Notes: a model not told the origin generated them from the sequence alone. Shown: positions 1 through 13,446, numbered from the stretch's first letter. The stretch: DNA of 64,000 nucleotides from Desulfomonilia bacterium (GCA_050014195.1 JBEKDT010000002.1:320001-384000); one strand, 5' to 3'. Made by a program: numbers and translations.

Positions 1-666
1 TGTACTGACGGAAACACGTTGTTCAAGATCACCCTTTGAAATACTCAGGGCTGTTTGCGTGACTTCCTCTACACCCTGCAGGGCGTGCCTGCCCATGAGC
101 CATCCTGTACACGTTGCAAATGGTATAACCAGGACCATGACAATGCCGAATACGGTCCGGAATATCCTCAGGAACTCCTCATCCTCTTCCAATTTCTCGC
201 CTATCTGCATGACAAGCCCGGGACCGATCACGCTATAAACGCTGCGGGCCTTGAGCTCCCTACCGGGTTTTTCCAGGGTCTCAAAAAAATGAGGGGAACC
301 GTTCTTGAGATGCGCCAATGCAGCATATGATACTTTGACATTTTTCCATGAGGCCATGTTAGATGAGAAGAACACTTCCCCGTCAGCGGTGAAGAGTCGA
401 AAAAAAGTGTCTGCTACTCCGTGTGCCTCTGAATCAATGATAATCTCGTTTTTAAGTTCACTGAGCCCTTTTATTTTTAAGATAGATGCATACTCGTGAA
501 TGTTTCCCAAAAGGTGCTGATCGCGGTTATGCTGTATCTCGGAACTGATTATGAAATAAAAAACGAGAAAGGCGATAAAAGATGAAATGGTAAATATCGC
601 TGTATAATGTACAGCCAATCTAAACGCGAGGGTATGTCTCAGGTTAAAAGTCTTCTTTAAGAACAT
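1..666 (-). CDS. Two-component sensor histidine kinase, N-terminal part (TM-periplasmic-TM-HAMP), runs off window edge
   Basis: Absent from the ORF track. Manual translation from ATG 666: MFLKKTFNLRHTLAFRLAVHYTAIFTISSFIAFLVFYF...GWLMGRHALQGVEEVTQTALSISKGDLEQRVS (HAMP-like); open to position 1; overlaps the end of the response regulator. Confidence 0.88.
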   Translation of the reverse strand, partial: MFLKKTFNLRHTLAFRLAVHYTAIFTISSFIAFLVFYFIISSEIQHNRDQHLLGNIHEYASILKIKGLSELKNEIIIDSEAHGVADTFFRLFTADGEVFFSSNMASWKNVKVSYAALAHLKNGSPHFFETLEKPGRELKARSVYSVIGPGLVMQIGEKLEEDEEFLRIFRTVFGIVMVLVIPFATCTGWLMGRHALQGVEEVTQTALSISKGDLEQRVSVST

Positions 667-1324
667 AGCCGACACTACGCACGGTATGGATGAGCTTACT
701 CTCGAAATTATTATCGATCTTATCCCTTAGCCTGCATATCCGCACTTCAACGACGTTCGTATGAGGGTCAAAATTATAATCCCATACATGTTCCATTATC
801 ATGGTTTTAGTAACAACATTTCCGACATTACGCATGAGATATTCAAGCAGGGAGAATTCAAGAGGCTGGAGTTCTATCTTCTCTTTGCCGCGCATAACTT
901 TCCGGGTGAGAAGATTCATTGTGAGGTCCCTCACCTGGAGGGTATGCGGCTCGGAAATGCCGCTGGATCTTCGGATCAGGGCCTGAATGCGGGCCAGAAG
1001 TTCTGAGAAGGCGAAAGGCTTGGTCAGGTAATCGTCACCGCCTGTCTGGAGGCCTCTTACCCTATCATCCACAGAGCGTTTTGCGCTTAAGATAAGCAAA
1101 GGGATATTATTTTTCTTTTTCCGCAATCCTTCTATAAGCGTCAACCCATCGAGCTTGGGCAACATAATATCGATTATTGCTGCATCGTAAGATTCGCTCA
1201 GCGCCCTATGAAGGCCTGTTTCTCCGTCATAAGCCTGATCCACGGCAAAACCGGCCTCACGCAACCCGCTTGCAATGAAGGACGCTATTGTCTCGTCGTC
1301 TTCAACCAGTAATATTCTCATCAT
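644..1324 (-). CDS. OmpR-family response regulator (CusR/CopR-like)
   Basis: ILLVEDD, DIMLP, KPF receiver motifs; winged-helix VWDYNFDPHTNVVEV...IHTVRSVGY; SD AAGGAG upstream. Confidence 0.95.
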   Translation of the reverse strand: MMRILLVEDDETIASFIASGLREAGFAVDQAYDGETGLHRALSESYDAAIIDIMLPKLDGLTLIEGLRKKKNNIPLLILSAKRSVDDRVRGLQTGGDDYLTKPFAFSELLARIQALIRRSSGISEPHTLQVRDLTMNLLTRKVMRGKEKIELQPLEFSLLEYLMRNVGNVVTKTMIMEHVWDYNFDPHTNVVEVRICRLRDKIDNNFESKLIHTVRSVGYVLKEDF

Positions 1325-1343
1325 TATTCACTCCTTAAGAATA

Positions 1344-1577
1344 TCACATTCTGCTTGAATCAGAATAATTTTTGTTCATAACACAGTTCGTAAAGGAACC
1401 ATAGGGTATGATAACCGACTCTGCGACGCTGAACACCTCTGTCTTATCTTCTGACATTGCAATTACGTTTGCACAAACATCTGAGAGACCAAGCATGATA
1501 AAGACCATGAATATGAAGAGTATCAGTATGATTACGATAATGATCTTTATAGCCACCGTGTTCTTGGATTTATCCAT
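1344..1577 (-). CDS. Small hypothetical protein with one hydrophobic helix
   Basis: 77-aa ORF co-oriented directly upstream of the regulator, one TM/signal stretch, weak SD. Confidence 0.4.
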   Translation of the reverse strand: MDKSKNTVAIKIIIVIILILFIFMVFIMLGLSDVCANVIAMSEDKTEVFSVAESVIIPYGSFTNCVMNKNYSDSSRM

Positions 1578-1648
1578 GCATCCCGCATTCTTTAAATATA
1601 TTTTATCAAGACATACCTACTCATTAGATGTTTTAAGCTTGCCGGCAG

Positions 1649-1675
1649 ATTACAGAAAAATTACTAATTTGTAAT
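1649..1675. promoter_or_regulatory. Putative OmpR/CusR-type regulator binding site
   Basis: ATTAC at 1649 and 1660 (11-bp period) plus dyad ATTAC-N6-GTAAT (1660-1675) in the divergent spacer; resembles cus/cop boxes. Confidence 0.55.
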
Positions 1676-1729
1676 ATTTGGTCCTTTATCTTTTTTAATT
1701 TCGAAATTTCGCTTAAACCCTTCGACAAT

Positions 1730-3427
1730 ATGAGAACAAGAAGAGATGAGCCATCGGTAATGACGGCAACTATGCACGTCAGAGTGATTCTTCTTCTGAT
1801 GGTGAGTATGTTCGTTATCCTCACTGGTCAGGCAGGACGTGAACTGCTGCCGCCTGATGATCTACGTGAAGTTGAAATTGCGCGGGAGATGTATGAGGGA
1901 GGTGACTATATCATACCACACCTCGCAGGGCTTCCCTTTGTTGAGAAGCCATCAGGATTCCAGGCCGTTGTCGCTACCATCTTCAAAGTCATTGGTGGGC
2001 CGAGTGCTGATGCAGCACGTTTTACTGCTGCAGCCTTCGCCCTTATATCTATCACTGCTGTTTTTCTTCTCGGACGGCAAATAGCGGGGGTAGAAGGTGG
2101 TGCTTTTGCAGCAGCCATACTGGCACTCTCTCAGAGATTCTGCCGTACGGCACACGAGGTCCTTCTTGACAATGCTTTGACTGCTGCAGTCGCCCTCACG
2201 ATCATCTTCACCTGGATTGCCCTCGAGTCGGATATTCCGCGCAAAAAGCGTCTTGCCTATGCCGCAGCAGGTTTTTTTCTTGGAGTAAGTTTCCTATTCA
2301 AGGGATTTGTCGGATTAGCCATCTTTGGTTCAGGTTTCATTCTCTATATTATTGTAAGCAGGCGGTTTGGTGAGCTTCGTCACATTTTCCGGCTTCTACC
2401 GATCATTGCCTTTCTCGTACCTTTTTTAAGCTGGACTGTGCCGTTCCTCTTATACGCCCCTCCCAATCTTATTCGGGAGTTCTTTATCACCAACCACTTC
2501 TATCGTTTTATGTCCGGATATATGAGCCATCAACGGCCGATATACTTTTACATCATAAACATCTGGCCGGATTTTGCTCCAGGGTCGATCCTGCTGCCAT
2601 ATGCAACCTGGTTAGCCTGGAAGACGAGAAAGGAACGGGAAGGTCGGGCCGGTATCTTCCTCCTTTCCCTCTTTATTGGCCCATTGCTGGTTCTCTCTGC
2701 TTCTTTGGCAAAAGACAGCGTTTATTTGCTCCCAGTGCATCCGATACTTGCACTGCTTGTTGCCTGGAGTATGGTAAAGCTTTTATCGCCGTCAAGTCGT
2801 GGTATGAGGATTCTTATCTGGGGAACAACCTGCACAGCCATCCTTGCTGCAGGCATCATAATGTGTATAAACGGCTATCTTGGAGGCAGTGCCTTATCAA
2901 TAATATTGGCAGGCATAATTTTCTTCTCTACCTCGGCGGTATGCATACTCTTGATCAGACGCGAGGACTTTAAATGGGCCGGCTTCTGCATTGCCATCCT
3001 TTTTGTACTGGGATGGAGCCTCTGGTTCATCGGCCCAATTTCGAAAACTGAAGTGGCAAAAAACAGCATACGCCAACCCATGATGGAAGTCTTGTCCCTG
3101 GTGAAGAACCGGGATATTGTACTTTACAAAACGGATGACGGCATCCGTGGCGCAGCAAGTTTCTATCGAAACAGGACAGCGCAAGAAATCAGATCTCCGG
3201 CAAGACTGGTTGCATGCCTTGCGGATGATCCTGACAAACATGTTGCCTTAATCTCCTGGCATAACAAAGACATACTCCCACCTGAGTTGCAGAAGACTGG
3301 ACAAGATATGGGTGTGAATCTTCAAATCAAGGCACACATAGGCTTCGGCACACATTACCTGCTGCTTATCGAAGCAGTACCAAAGGTCAGTGAGGAACAA
3401 GTGGCATTCAAACAAAAGGATTCTTAG
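1730..3427 (+). CDS. ArnT/PMT-family (GT-C) membrane glycosyltransferase
   Basis: PDDLREVEIAREM...PHLAGLPFVEKP, KGFVG, K..VYLLP motifs; many TM helices. True start may be a slightly later ATG. Confidence 0.88.
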   Translation: MRTRRDEPSVMTATMHVRVILLLMVSMFVILTGQAGRELLPPDDLREVEIAREMYEGGDYIIPHLAGLPFVEKPSGFQAVVATIFKVIGGPSADAARFTAAAFALISITAVFLLGRQIAGVEGGAFAAAILALSQRFCRTAHEVLLDNALTAAVALTIIFTWIALESDIPRKKRLAYAAAGFFLGVSFLFKGFVGLAIFGSGFILYIIVSRRFGELRHIFRLLPIIAFLVPFLSWTVPFLLYAPPNLIREFFITNHFYRFMSGYMSHQRPIYFYIINIWPDFAPGSILLPYATWLAWKTRKEREGRAGIFLLSLFIGPLLVLSASLAKDSVYLLPVHPILALLVAWSMVKLLSPSSRGMRILIWGTTCTAILAAGIIMCINGYLGGSALSIILAGIIFFSTSAVCILLIRREDFKWAGFCIAILFVLGWSLWFIGPISKTEVAKNSIRQPMMEVLSLVKNRDIVLYKTDDGIRGAASFYRNRTAQEIRSPARLVACLADDPDKHVALISWHNKDILPPELQKTGQDMGVNLQIKAHIGFGTHYLLLIEAVPKVSEEQVAFKQKDS

Positions 3428-3456
3428 TCAGACTGTTATTGGATGAGAAAGTTGAG

Positions 3457-3478
3457 TAAGGGGGCAAATGCCCCCTTA
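3457..3478. terminator. Intrinsic terminator between convergent genes
   Basis: TAAGGGGGCA-AA-TGCCCCCTTA inverted repeat between the arnT-like gene and secF. Confidence 0.7.
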
Positions 3479-3483
3479 AATGT

Positions 3484-4395
3484 TTATTTCTTTTCCTTGT
3501 GAAAGATGAGCACAAAGGGTGCTGCAATATAGATTGATGAATAGGTGCCTGTGAGTACCCCGATAAGCATGGCAAAGGCAAATCCGTGGATCACATCGCC
3601 ACCCATGAGATAAAGACAGAGCACAACAATAAAAACTGTCATGGAGGTGAGTATGGTTCTGCTCAAGGTCTGGCTGACGCTGTCGCTCATCAGGCTCGCC
3701 AGGTCGTACGAGCCTGACTGCTTCTTCATATTCTCCCTGATCCTGTCAAACACGACAATGGTATCGTTCAGGGAATAGCCTAAGAGGGCGAGTAATGCCG
3801 CAATCACGGTCAGAGATATCTCTTTGCCCGTTAACGAGAAGATGCCCACCGTGAGCGTGATATCATGCACAAGAGATAATATTGCCCCGATGGAAAAACT
3901 GAACTCGAATCTCCACCAGATAAAGGCAATAATGCCGATGCATGCATACAGACATGCGAGGAAGCCCTTGTTCTGAAGATCCTTGCTCACCTCACCGCCG
4001 ACCACTTCGGCCCTTCTGATGTCTACCTTGTCCTTGCCGAAGGTTGAGAAGAGGACATTCTGGATCTTTGTGGACTCGTTCTCCTTGGGGCTGCTCTGAA
4101 CCTTTTGCATGCGGATGAGGTACTCATTACCCTGCGTATTGGCACTCGTGATACTCTGTATCCGTGCATCCTGAAAACCTAATGTAGCAAGGGCCTTTCT
4201 CAACTCCGCGGTCTGCACGGATTTTTTAAAGGCAACCTGCATCTCGAGCCCGCCTGAGAAGTCGATCCCCAGGTTAAGCCCTCTCCAGAAAAATATGGAT
4301 ATCAAGCCTATTGCAATGAGAACTCCCGAGAAGACATAGGCATATTTTCTATAACCGATGAAATCAATTCGTGTACCTGGTCGTATGAGCTCCAT
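3484..4395 (-). CDS. secF: Protein translocase subunit SecF
   Basis: GIDFSGG, GYSLNDTIVVFDRIREN, GTYSSIYIA. Confidence 0.97.
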   Translation of the reverse strand: MELIRPGTRIDFIGYRKYAYVFSGVLIAIGLISIFFWRGLNLGIDFSGGLEMQVAFKKSVQTAELRKALATLGFQDARIQSITSANTQGNEYLIRMQKVQSSPKENESTKIQNVLFSTFGKDKVDIRRAEVVGGEVSKDLQNKGFLACLYACIGIIAFIWWRFEFSFSIGAILSLVHDITLTVGIFSLTGKEISLTVIAALLALLGYSLNDTIVVFDRIRENMKKQSGSYDLASLMSDSVSQTLSRTILTSMTVFIVVLCLYLMGGDVIHGFAFAMLIGVLTGTYSSIYIAAPFVLIFHKEKK

Positions 4396-4406
4396 GGATT
4401 CCTCCT

Positions 4407-5981
4407 CTAGATACTGATCCGCTCGATTTTTCTGTTATTGACAAACCACTCCATGATCCACCTGGAGAGTACGAGGCACGTAAACAGCGTAGCCAGAATA
4501 CCAACAGATAAGGTGACCGCGAAGCCCTTGACAGGTCCTGTTCCGAACTGGAACAGGACTAATGCAGCGATCAATGTTGTGATGTTGGCGTCGAAAATGG
4601 CGGAGAAGGCATTCTTGAATCCCGCCTCTATAGCCATTTTGGACGTCCTACCGAATCTCAGTTCCTCGCGTATGCGTTCAAACACGAGGATGTTGGCATC
4701 TACAGCTATGCCTATGGTAAGACCCATGCCCGCAATACCCGGCAGTGTGAGTACTGCACCCAATATCGCCATAACACCAATGATGATTATCATGTTCCAT
4801 ATTAATGCGAAATCAGCTAATGAACCCGACCACCTGTAGTAGATCACCATGAATACGATAACCAACAAACCACCCACAAAAGCCGCATGAACACCCATTC
4901 TTATGGAATCCCTACCCAAGGAAGGTCCTACAGTCCGCTCTTCCAGGATATCTACCGGAGCCGGGAGAGCGCCAGCCCGGAGAACGAGAGCCAGATCCCT
5001 GGCCTCCTCATCGGTAAACCTCCCCTCGATCATGGCCTTGCCTCCTGCTATGGCATCACGGATCACAGGTGCAGAGTAGACCTTGCCATCCAGCAAGATC
5101 GCCAGCTTTTTACCCACATTCTCCCTGGTGACCTGCTCAAATATTCGTGCACCATCAGAGTTAAAGGATATGGAGACATAGGGCTCATTGTAAGTGGCCT
5201 TGATACTGACCCGTGCATCATCAATCATACTGCCGTTGAGCACGGCCTGCTGCCGGAGCAAAATAGGCTGGCGGCCGTCCTTCATGTATGCGACATAGTC
5301 CCCCTCGGGCACATCTCCTGCGAGAGCCTTCTCAACGGGATGTTCATCATCCACCAGTTTGAATTCGAGGGCCGCAGTCTTGCCGATGATCTTCTTTGCC
5401 TTTTCCGGGTCAGTAAGGCCCGGGATCTGTACGACGATGCGTCCGTCCCGCTCCGGGATTGTGGACGTCTCGCTGATACCAAGCCCGTTGATGCGGTTTC
5501 GGATAACCTCGAGGGCCTGTTCATCAGCCTGGTCCTTTATCTTTTGTGCTTCTTCGGCTTTTATCTGGTAGGTGATAGTCATCAGGCCCTCTTCACTTTT
5601 CTTATCCACTTCTATCATGTAAGGGTAGGAATCGCCCATAAGCTTTGATAGGGCATCATAATCTTCCTGGCTCCTGACTTGTACGGCAAGCTTGTCCGGC
5701 TGTACAAATACGACCTTGCTGTAGCGAATACGTGCAGTTATCATCTGAGGCTTTATATCGCCTGCAATAACGCCGATCCTTCCTTCCACTGCCTTGGCCG
5801 ATTCCACCCTCAGTACCATGTGGATTCCGCCCTTGAGGTCAAGGCCCAGACTTACCTTTGATTTCGGTCCGATCCAGCCTTGGGGCAACTCCGCATCCCC
5901 GATCAGGCTGGGAATCGCAAAAAGCAATCCGATGACCAGCACCACCAGGATGAGTATCCCTTTCATTTTAAATGTTTCCAT
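4407..5981 (-). CDS. secD: Protein translocase subunit SecD
   Basis: LGLDLKGG, VGPSLG, AVDANILVFERIREE. Confidence 0.97.
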   Translation of the reverse strand: METFKMKGILILVVLVIGLLFAIPSLIGDAELPQGWIGPKSKVSLGLDLKGGIHMVLRVESAKAVEGRIGVIAGDIKPQMITARIRYSKVVFVQPDKLAVQVRSQEDYDALSKLMGDSYPYMIEVDKKSEEGLMTITYQIKAEEAQKIKDQADEQALEVIRNRINGLGISETSTIPERDGRIVVQIPGLTDPEKAKKIIGKTAALEFKLVDDEHPVEKALAGDVPEGDYVAYMKDGRQPILLRQQAVLNGSMIDDARVSIKATYNEPYVSISFNSDGARIFEQVTRENVGKKLAILLDGKVYSAPVIRDAIAGGKAMIEGRFTDEEARDLALVLRAGALPAPVDILEERTVGPSLGRDSIRMGVHAAFVGGLLVIVFMVIYYRWSGSLADFALIWNMIIIIGVMAILGAVLTLPGIAGMGLTIGIAVDANILVFERIREELRFGRTSKMAIEAGFKNAFSAIFDANITTLIAALVLFQFGTGPVKGFAVTLSVGILATLFTCLVLSRWIMEWFVNNRKIERISI

Positions 5982-5995
5982 TATAACCCCCGCAA

Positions 5996-8406
<2,411 letters not shown>

Positions 8407-8411
8407 TGGTG

Positions 8412-8609
8412 CTACATCCCTATAATATGTCTGCCCAGGTATATGATGAGAACCCCTGCGAATGCCGCAATGATGCCGACAGCCTGCAGTCTGGAATCAG
8501 GTACTGTATGAAGGAGCTGGGCAAAGGACTTCATCTTGCTTGGGAAAAGGATATAAGGTACCGCCTCAATAACTAAAACCATGCCTAAAACGCTTAAGAA
8601 GTAACCCAT
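8412..8609 (-). CDS. DUF2065-family small membrane protein
   Basis: 65 aa, two TM helices, LGMVLVIEAVPYILFP pattern. Confidence 0.8.
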   Translation of the reverse strand: MGYFLSVLGMVLVIEAVPYILFPSKMKSFAQLLHTVPDSRLQAVGIIAAFAGVLIIYLGRHIIGM

Positions 8610-8668
8610 ATTGCTATGGTCTTATATCCAAGATGAGATCAGAACGTCAATCATGGAAGGAAAGTACA

Positions 8669-8702
8669 AAGTCTATACCTCACTAAAGTGAGGTATAGAC
8701 TT
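8669..8702 (-). terminator. Terminator after the tRNA pair
   Basis: Perfect 16-bp inverted repeat AAGTCTATACCTCACT-AA-AGTGAGGTATAGACTT, followed on the - strand by a T-rich tract. Confidence 0.85.
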
Positions 8703-8706
8703 CTTA

Positions 8707-8784
8707 TGGCGGGAGCGACGAGACTTGAACTCGCGACCTCCGGCGTGACAGGCCGGCGTTATAACCAATCTTAACTACGCCCCC
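8707..8784 (-). tRNA. tRNA-Asp (GTC)
   Basis: Acceptor GGGGGCG/CGCTCCC, anticodon arm CCGGC-CTGTCAC-GCCGG, GTTCAAGT T-loop, encoded CCA. Confidence 0.96.
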
Positions 8785-8801
8785 TTACTTCCTCATCGGC
8801 T

Positions 8802-8877
8802 TGGTAGGCGGAACAGGGATTGAACCTGCGACCTTCGGCTTGTAAGGCCGACGCTCTCCCGACTGAGCTACCCGCCC
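8802..8877 (-). tRNA. tRNA-Val (TAC)
   Basis: GGGCGGGTAGCTCAG..., anticodon arm TCGGC-CTTACAA-GCCGA, GGTTCAATCC, encoded CCA. Confidence 0.96.
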
Positions 8878-8902
8878 TGAATCTTTTTACAATCAGAAAG
8901 AA

Positions 8903-9178
8903 TTACTTGTTTACGACTTCCTTAAAAGCCTTACCAGGCCTGAAACGCGGAGCTTTGGATGCCTTAATCTTGATGGTCTCTCTGGTCCTGGGATTGACTC
9001 CCTGCCGTGCCGCCCTCTGAGCAACATCAAATGTTCCAAAACCGACTAATGTAACCTTGTCCCCCTTCTTCAGTGCAGACTGGATGGCCTCTGTAGTGGC
9101 ATTTATCGCCTTCTCGGCTGCTGCCTTGGGGATCCCCGCCTTATTTGCCACAACGGATATCAATTCTGTCTTCGTCAA
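8903..9178 (-). CDS. hup: DNA-binding protein HU
   Basis: MTKTELI...GFGTF...R.GVNPRT...P.F.PGK; TTG start with AGGAGG SD. Confidence 0.96.
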   Translation of the reverse strand: MTKTELISVVANKAGIPKAAAEKAINATTEAIQSALKKGDKVTLVGFGTFDVAQRAARQGVNPRTRETIKIKASKAPRFRPGKAFKEVVNK

Positions 9179-9229
9179 AGCATACCTCCTATAAATGATA
9201 TTTGTTTTCCCATGCCCAAGTGCTCCTGA

Positions 9230-9258
9230 AAAGTAACAACATTTAGAATGGCTGTCAA
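9230..9258 (-). promoter_or_regulatory. Sigma70-type promoter for hup-tRNA transcript
   Basis: TTGACA-17 nt-TACTTT with TG extension, on the - strand. Confidence 0.6.
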
Positions 9259-9262
9259 TAGC

Positions 9263-11572
9263 TCAGTTGAGGGCACATGCGATTATCTGGTCCATGTGCT
9301 CTACAAGATGGACCTGCATTCCACGTAATATATCATTGGGGGTCTCAAACAGATCTTTCTCATTATCTATAGGGATGAGAACCGTCTGTATGCCTGCCTC
9401 TTTAGCGGCCAGCAGCTTCTCTTTCAGGCCGCCGACAGGCAGGACCCTCCCACCCAGGGTCAGCTCACCGGTCATGGCAAGCTGGTTTTTAACACTCCTC
9501 CCGGTCAGGGCGGATACGATGGAAGTAGCCATGGTAATACCTGCGGATGGACCATCCTTTGGAACCGCACCTTCGGGGATATGAATATGGATGTCGATTG
9601 TTTGATAAAAATCCTTATCAAGCCCAAGCTCTTTTGCACGCGACCTTACATAACTCATTCCTGCCTGGGCGGACTCCTGCATGACATCACCCATCTTGCC
9701 GGTGAGCAGCAGCTTGCCTTTTCCCGGCATCACGGTGGTCTCCACCCTGAGGAGTACACCCCCTGCCTCAGTCCAGGCAAGGCCGTTCACAACCCCTATA
9801 TAATCCTTCTTCTCACGGATTGGGCGGCGGAATCGCGGCACACCCAGAAGGCCGTGAACCTTTTTATCGGTGATCTTTATCTGCTGCTTCGCATCACCTG
9901 AGATGATCCCCTTGACGAGCTTCCTGCATACAGAGGATATCTCCTTTTCCATGTTCCTTACACCTGCCTCGCGGGTGTACTCATTGATGATCGTGTTGAT
10001 GGCTTTTACAGAAAAATCAATACCTCTCCCATCCAGGCCGTGGAGCCTGAGCTGTTTGGGTAGTATATGATGGGTTGCAATCTTTAGCTTATCATATGAT
10101 GTGTAGCCTTCGAGTTGGATCAGTTCCATTCGGTCAAGCAGCGGGGGTGGTATTGAATATGTGGTGTTGGCAGTCGTGATGAACATCACCTTGGAGACAT
10201 CATAATCCGCATCCAAATAATGATCATTGAAGGTGTTGTTCTGTTCGGGATCAAGTGCTTCTAAGAGGGCGGCAGATGGATCACCCCGAAAATCCACGCT
10301 CATTTTGTCCACCTCATCCAGGAGAAACACCGGGTTTGACGTCCCCGCGCGCCTTAAGCCCTGGATGATCTTCCCCGGCATAGCACCAATGTAGGTGCGT
10401 CTGTGGCCCTTTATCTCGGCCTCATCGCGAATACCGCCCAATGAGACCCGCACAAATTTCCTTCCAACGGCTCTGGCTATGGATTTGCCCAGCGATGTCT
10501 TCCCCACACCCGGCGGTCCCACCAGACACAGGATAGGCCCCCTTATGGTACCTACCATCTGCTGGACGGCGAGATATTCTAATATGCGCTCTTTCACCTT
10601 GTTCAGTCCGTAGTGGTCTTCATCCAGGATCTGTTGAGCGAACTTGATATCCTTCTTGTCTTCAGTGATCTCATTCCAGGGCAGTGCAAGGAACCAATCC
10701 ACATAGTTCCTTATGACGGTCGCTTCTGCACTCATAGGGGGCATCATACGCAGACGTTTGAGCTCTTGAGATACCTTCTCCCTGGCATGTGAAGGCAGAT
10801 TCTTATTTTTAAGCTGCTTCTCCAGGGCGGATACTTCGTCCTCAATGCTCTCCATAGGGATGTGTTGAGGCTGCATCTGCTCGAAGACCGAGCTCTTTTT
10901 ACCGGCAGCGGCCTTCTGCCGTGCCTGCTCCCGCATGCTCGACTGGATCCTTGCAATATCGATTTCTGTCTGGAGAAATCCATAGACCTTCTCGATCCGT
11001 GATTCTATATGGTTATCCTCCAGGATTTCCTGCTTTTTCTCTGTCTTGAGTGTCGTGTAAGACACAACCATATCACAGACCATTCCCGGATCATCCTGGC
11101 ATTCCATCTTTGCAACAACATCGGAAGCGATATCAATTCCGTAGATCTCGCAGTATTCCTTAAACGATTCTACCACAAGACGCCTTAAGGCCTCCGCCTC
11201 GTGCTCATCGGCAATGAAGTCTATAAACTGTTCAGTTGCAGCAAAGAGCTGGTCCTTATCATAGAGGATATTCTTGATGTGCTGGCGGCTCTTTCCCTCG
11301 ATGAAAACCTTTATGGACCCGTTGGGCAACCTGAGCAACTGGAGGATGGCTGCAGAGACACCCACTGCGTATAAGCTCTCCTGTTGTGACTCAGCAGGGG
11401 CGAATCGTCTCATGCAGCAGACGAGGATGTCCTCCTTGCCATCAAAGGCGGCGCTCACCACCTTGGCGGTATTCTCATTCTCAATGAATAGCGGGATAAT
11501 TGTATGGGGGAATACCACGATGTCTTTCAGAGACAGCAGGGGAAAGACATGCTCTGATGCCTCAATCTTCAT
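9263..11572 (-). CDS. lon: ATP-dependent protease Lon
   Basis: LON N-domain, [24 protein letters not shown] (Ser), GGLKEK (Lys). Confidence 0.97.
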   Translation of the reverse strand: MKIEASEHVFPLLSLKDIVVFPHTIIPLFIENENTAKVVSAAFDGKEDILVCCMRRFAPAESQQESLYAVGVSAAILQLLRLPNGSIKVFIEGKSRQHIKNILYDKDQLFAATEQFIDFIADEHEAEALRRLVVESFKEYCEIYGIDIASDVVAKMECQDDPGMVCDMVVSYTTLKTEKKQEILEDNHIESRIEKVYGFLQTEIDIARIQSSMREQARQKAAAGKKSSVFEQMQPQHIPMESIEDEVSALEKQLKNKNLPSHAREKVSQELKRLRMMPPMSAEATVIRNYVDWFLALPWNEITEDKKDIKFAQQILDEDHYGLNKVKERILEYLAVQQMVGTIRGPILCLVGPPGVGKTSLGKSIARAVGRKFVRVSLGGIRDEAEIKGHRRTYIGAMPGKIIQGLRRAGTSNPVFLLDEVDKMSVDFRGDPSAALLEALDPEQNNTFNDHYLDADYDVSKVMFITTANTTYSIPPPLLDRMELIQLEGYTSYDKLKIATHHILPKQLRLHGLDGRGIDFSVKAINTIINEYTREAGVRNMEKEISSVCRKLVKGIISGDAKQQIKITDKKVHGLLGVPRFRRPIREKKDYIGVVNGLAWTEAGGVLLRVETTVMPGKGKLLLTGKMGDVMQESAQAGMSYVRSRAKELGLDKDFYQTIDIHIHIPEGAVPKDGPSAGITMATSIVSALTGRSVKNQLAMTGELTLGGRVLPVGGLKEKLLAAKEAGIQTVLIPIDNEKDLFETPNDILRGMQVHLVEHMDQIIACALN

Positions 11573-11582
11573 AACCTAAAGC

Positions 11583-12836
11583 TCATGCCTGAGAGGTTTT
11601 TCTCTCGTATACGATGATAGGCGGCTTCCCCTTCAAAACTACATCCTGGCTGATGATACACTCCTTGACACCTTCCATGTCGGGGATATCGTACATGATA
11701 TCGAGCATAATCCCTTCCATGATGGACCGCAAACCTCTTGCTCCGGACTTGCGTTTCATGGCCTCCGTCGCTACTGCCTTCAGGGAGTCTTTGGTGAACG
11801 TGAGGTCCACTCCTTCGAGCTTCAGCAGCGCCTGGTACTGCTTCACAAGTGCATTCTTAGGCTCGGTGAGGATGGTAATGAGGGCATCTTCATCAAGTTC
11901 ATGAAGCGTGGAAACAACAGGCATACGACCGACAAACTCGGGTATCATGCCGAACTTGATGAGATCTTCGGGCTGGACGTTTTTCAGAATCTCGCCGATG
12001 TCATGCTCTTTTTTGCCGGGGATCTCAGCAACAAAACCGATAGTCTTCTTGTCTAATCTCTGCGAAATTATCTTATCGAGGCTAATGAATGCCCCTCCGC
12101 AAATAAAGAGGATATTGGAAGTGTCGATCTGGATAAACTCCTGCTGGGGATGTTTGCGCCCGCCTTTGGGCGGGATCGAGGCCATGGTACCCTCAATCAT
12201 CTTGAGCAGGGCCTGCTGCACGCCCTCGCCGGATACATCTCTGGTTATGGATGGATTGTCGCCCCTCGAGGCAATCTTGTCGATCTCATCGATATATACA
12301 ATGCCTTTCTGGGTGCGCTCTACATCATAGTCGGCGTTCTGGAGGAGGTTCACAATGATGTTTTCAACATCCTCCCCGACATATCCCGCCTCGGTGAGGG
12401 TAGTGGCATCGGCTATCGTGAAAGGTACATCAAGGATTTTCGCCAAGGTCTGCGCAAGCAGGGTCTTGCCGCTTCCTGTGGGGCCGATAAGCATGATGTT
12501 GCTCTTGCTTATCTCCACACCGCCGATGTTGGTATTTGATTCAATCCGTTTATAATGGTTATGCACCGCCACGGACAGGATGCGCTTGGTCATCTCCTGG
12601 CCGATAACGTACTCGTCAAGAACTTCCTTGATCTCAGAAGGCTTGGGGATATTTGATGATGTACTGAAATGCCGGTACTCCCCTTCCTCTTCCGCCAAGA
12701 TCTCGTTACAAAGGGCGATGCACTCATCACAGATGTATACGTCAGGACCCGCAATGAGCTTCCGGACCTCTTCCTGCGATTTACCGCAGAAAGAGCACCT
12801 CAGTCCGGGTCTGTAGTGATCATTAATTTTTGGCAT
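11583..12836 (-). CDS. clpX: Clp protease ATP-binding subunit ClpX
   Basis: CSFCGK zinc finger, [21 protein letters not shown] loop. Confidence 0.98.
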   Translation of the reverse strand: MPKINDHYRPGLRCSFCGKSQEEVRKLIAGPDVYICDECIALCNEILAEEEGEYRHFSTSSNIPKPSEIKEVLDEYVIGQEMTKRILSVAVHNHYKRIESNTNIGGVEISKSNIMLIGPTGSGKTLLAQTLAKILDVPFTIADATTLTEAGYVGEDVENIIVNLLQNADYDVERTQKGIVYIDEIDKIASRGDNPSITRDVSGEGVQQALLKMIEGTMASIPPKGGRKHPQQEFIQIDTSNILFICGGAFISLDKIISQRLDKKTIGFVAEIPGKKEHDIGEILKNVQPEDLIKFGMIPEFVGRMPVVSTLHELDEDALITILTEPKNALVKQYQALLKLEGVDLTFTKDSLKAVATEAMKRKSGARGLRSIMEGIMLDIMYDIPDMEGVKECIISQDVVLKGKPPIIVYERKTSQA

Positions 12837-13446
12837 CCGCCTTCTCCCCTTCTTTCTCCTTGGTGGATCTCTTAAACATGACGTGATCTATTATACCATA
12901 CTTTTGTGCATCTGTCGCATCCATGAAAAAATCACGCTCTGTATCAGCCCCTACCTTATCTATAGGCTGGCCGGTATGCTTAGACAATACCTTGGTGAGT
13001 GCATCCTTGAGCCGCAACATCTCTGCAACCTGGATATTCACGTCCGTGACCTGCCCCTGTACTCCACCTAAGGGCTGATGGATCAAAATGCGCGAATGGG
13101 GCAAAGCATAGCGCATTCCGGATTCTCCGGCCGCGAGAAGCACTGCGGCCATGGATGCAGCCTGTCCAATACACATAGTGCTCACTTTGGGTTTTATGAA
13201 TTGCATGGTATCATAAACAGCCATTCCTGCGGTAACAGATCCTCCCGGTGAATTGATATAGAAAAATATATCCTTATCCGGGTCTTCTGATTCCAGAAAG
13301 AGGAACTGAGCTACCAGCAGATTCGCAATATCGTCGTTAATATCGGTGCCCAGCATGACAATTCTGTCCTTGAGTAGCCGGGAATAAATATCGTAAGATC
13401 GTTCACCTCTACTCGTTTGTTCCACTACTATCGGGACCAGTGTCAT
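12823..13446 (-). CDS. clpP: Clp protease proteolytic subunit ClpP
   Basis: [19 protein letters not shown]; start set at ATG 13446 (MTLVPIV) after GAGGAG. Confidence 0.97.
   Translation of the reverse strand: MTLVPIVVEQTSRGERSYDIYSRLLKDRIVMLGTDINDDIANLLVAQFLFLESEDPDKDIFFYINSPGGSVTAGMAVYDTMQFIKPKVSTMCIGQAASMAAVLLAAGESGMRYALPHSRILIHQPLGGVQGQVTDVNIQVAEMLRLKDALTKVLSKHTGQPIDKVGADTERDFFMDATDAQKYGIIDHVMFKRSTKEKEGEKADAKN

Noticed and set aside
8669-8877. tRNA genes as an integration site for a mobile island
   Set aside because: No integrase or duplicated tRNA 3' end was noticed, and both flanks are housekeeping genes.
8820-9020. 66-aa + strand ORF
   Set aside because: Antisense to tRNA-Val and hup; spurious.
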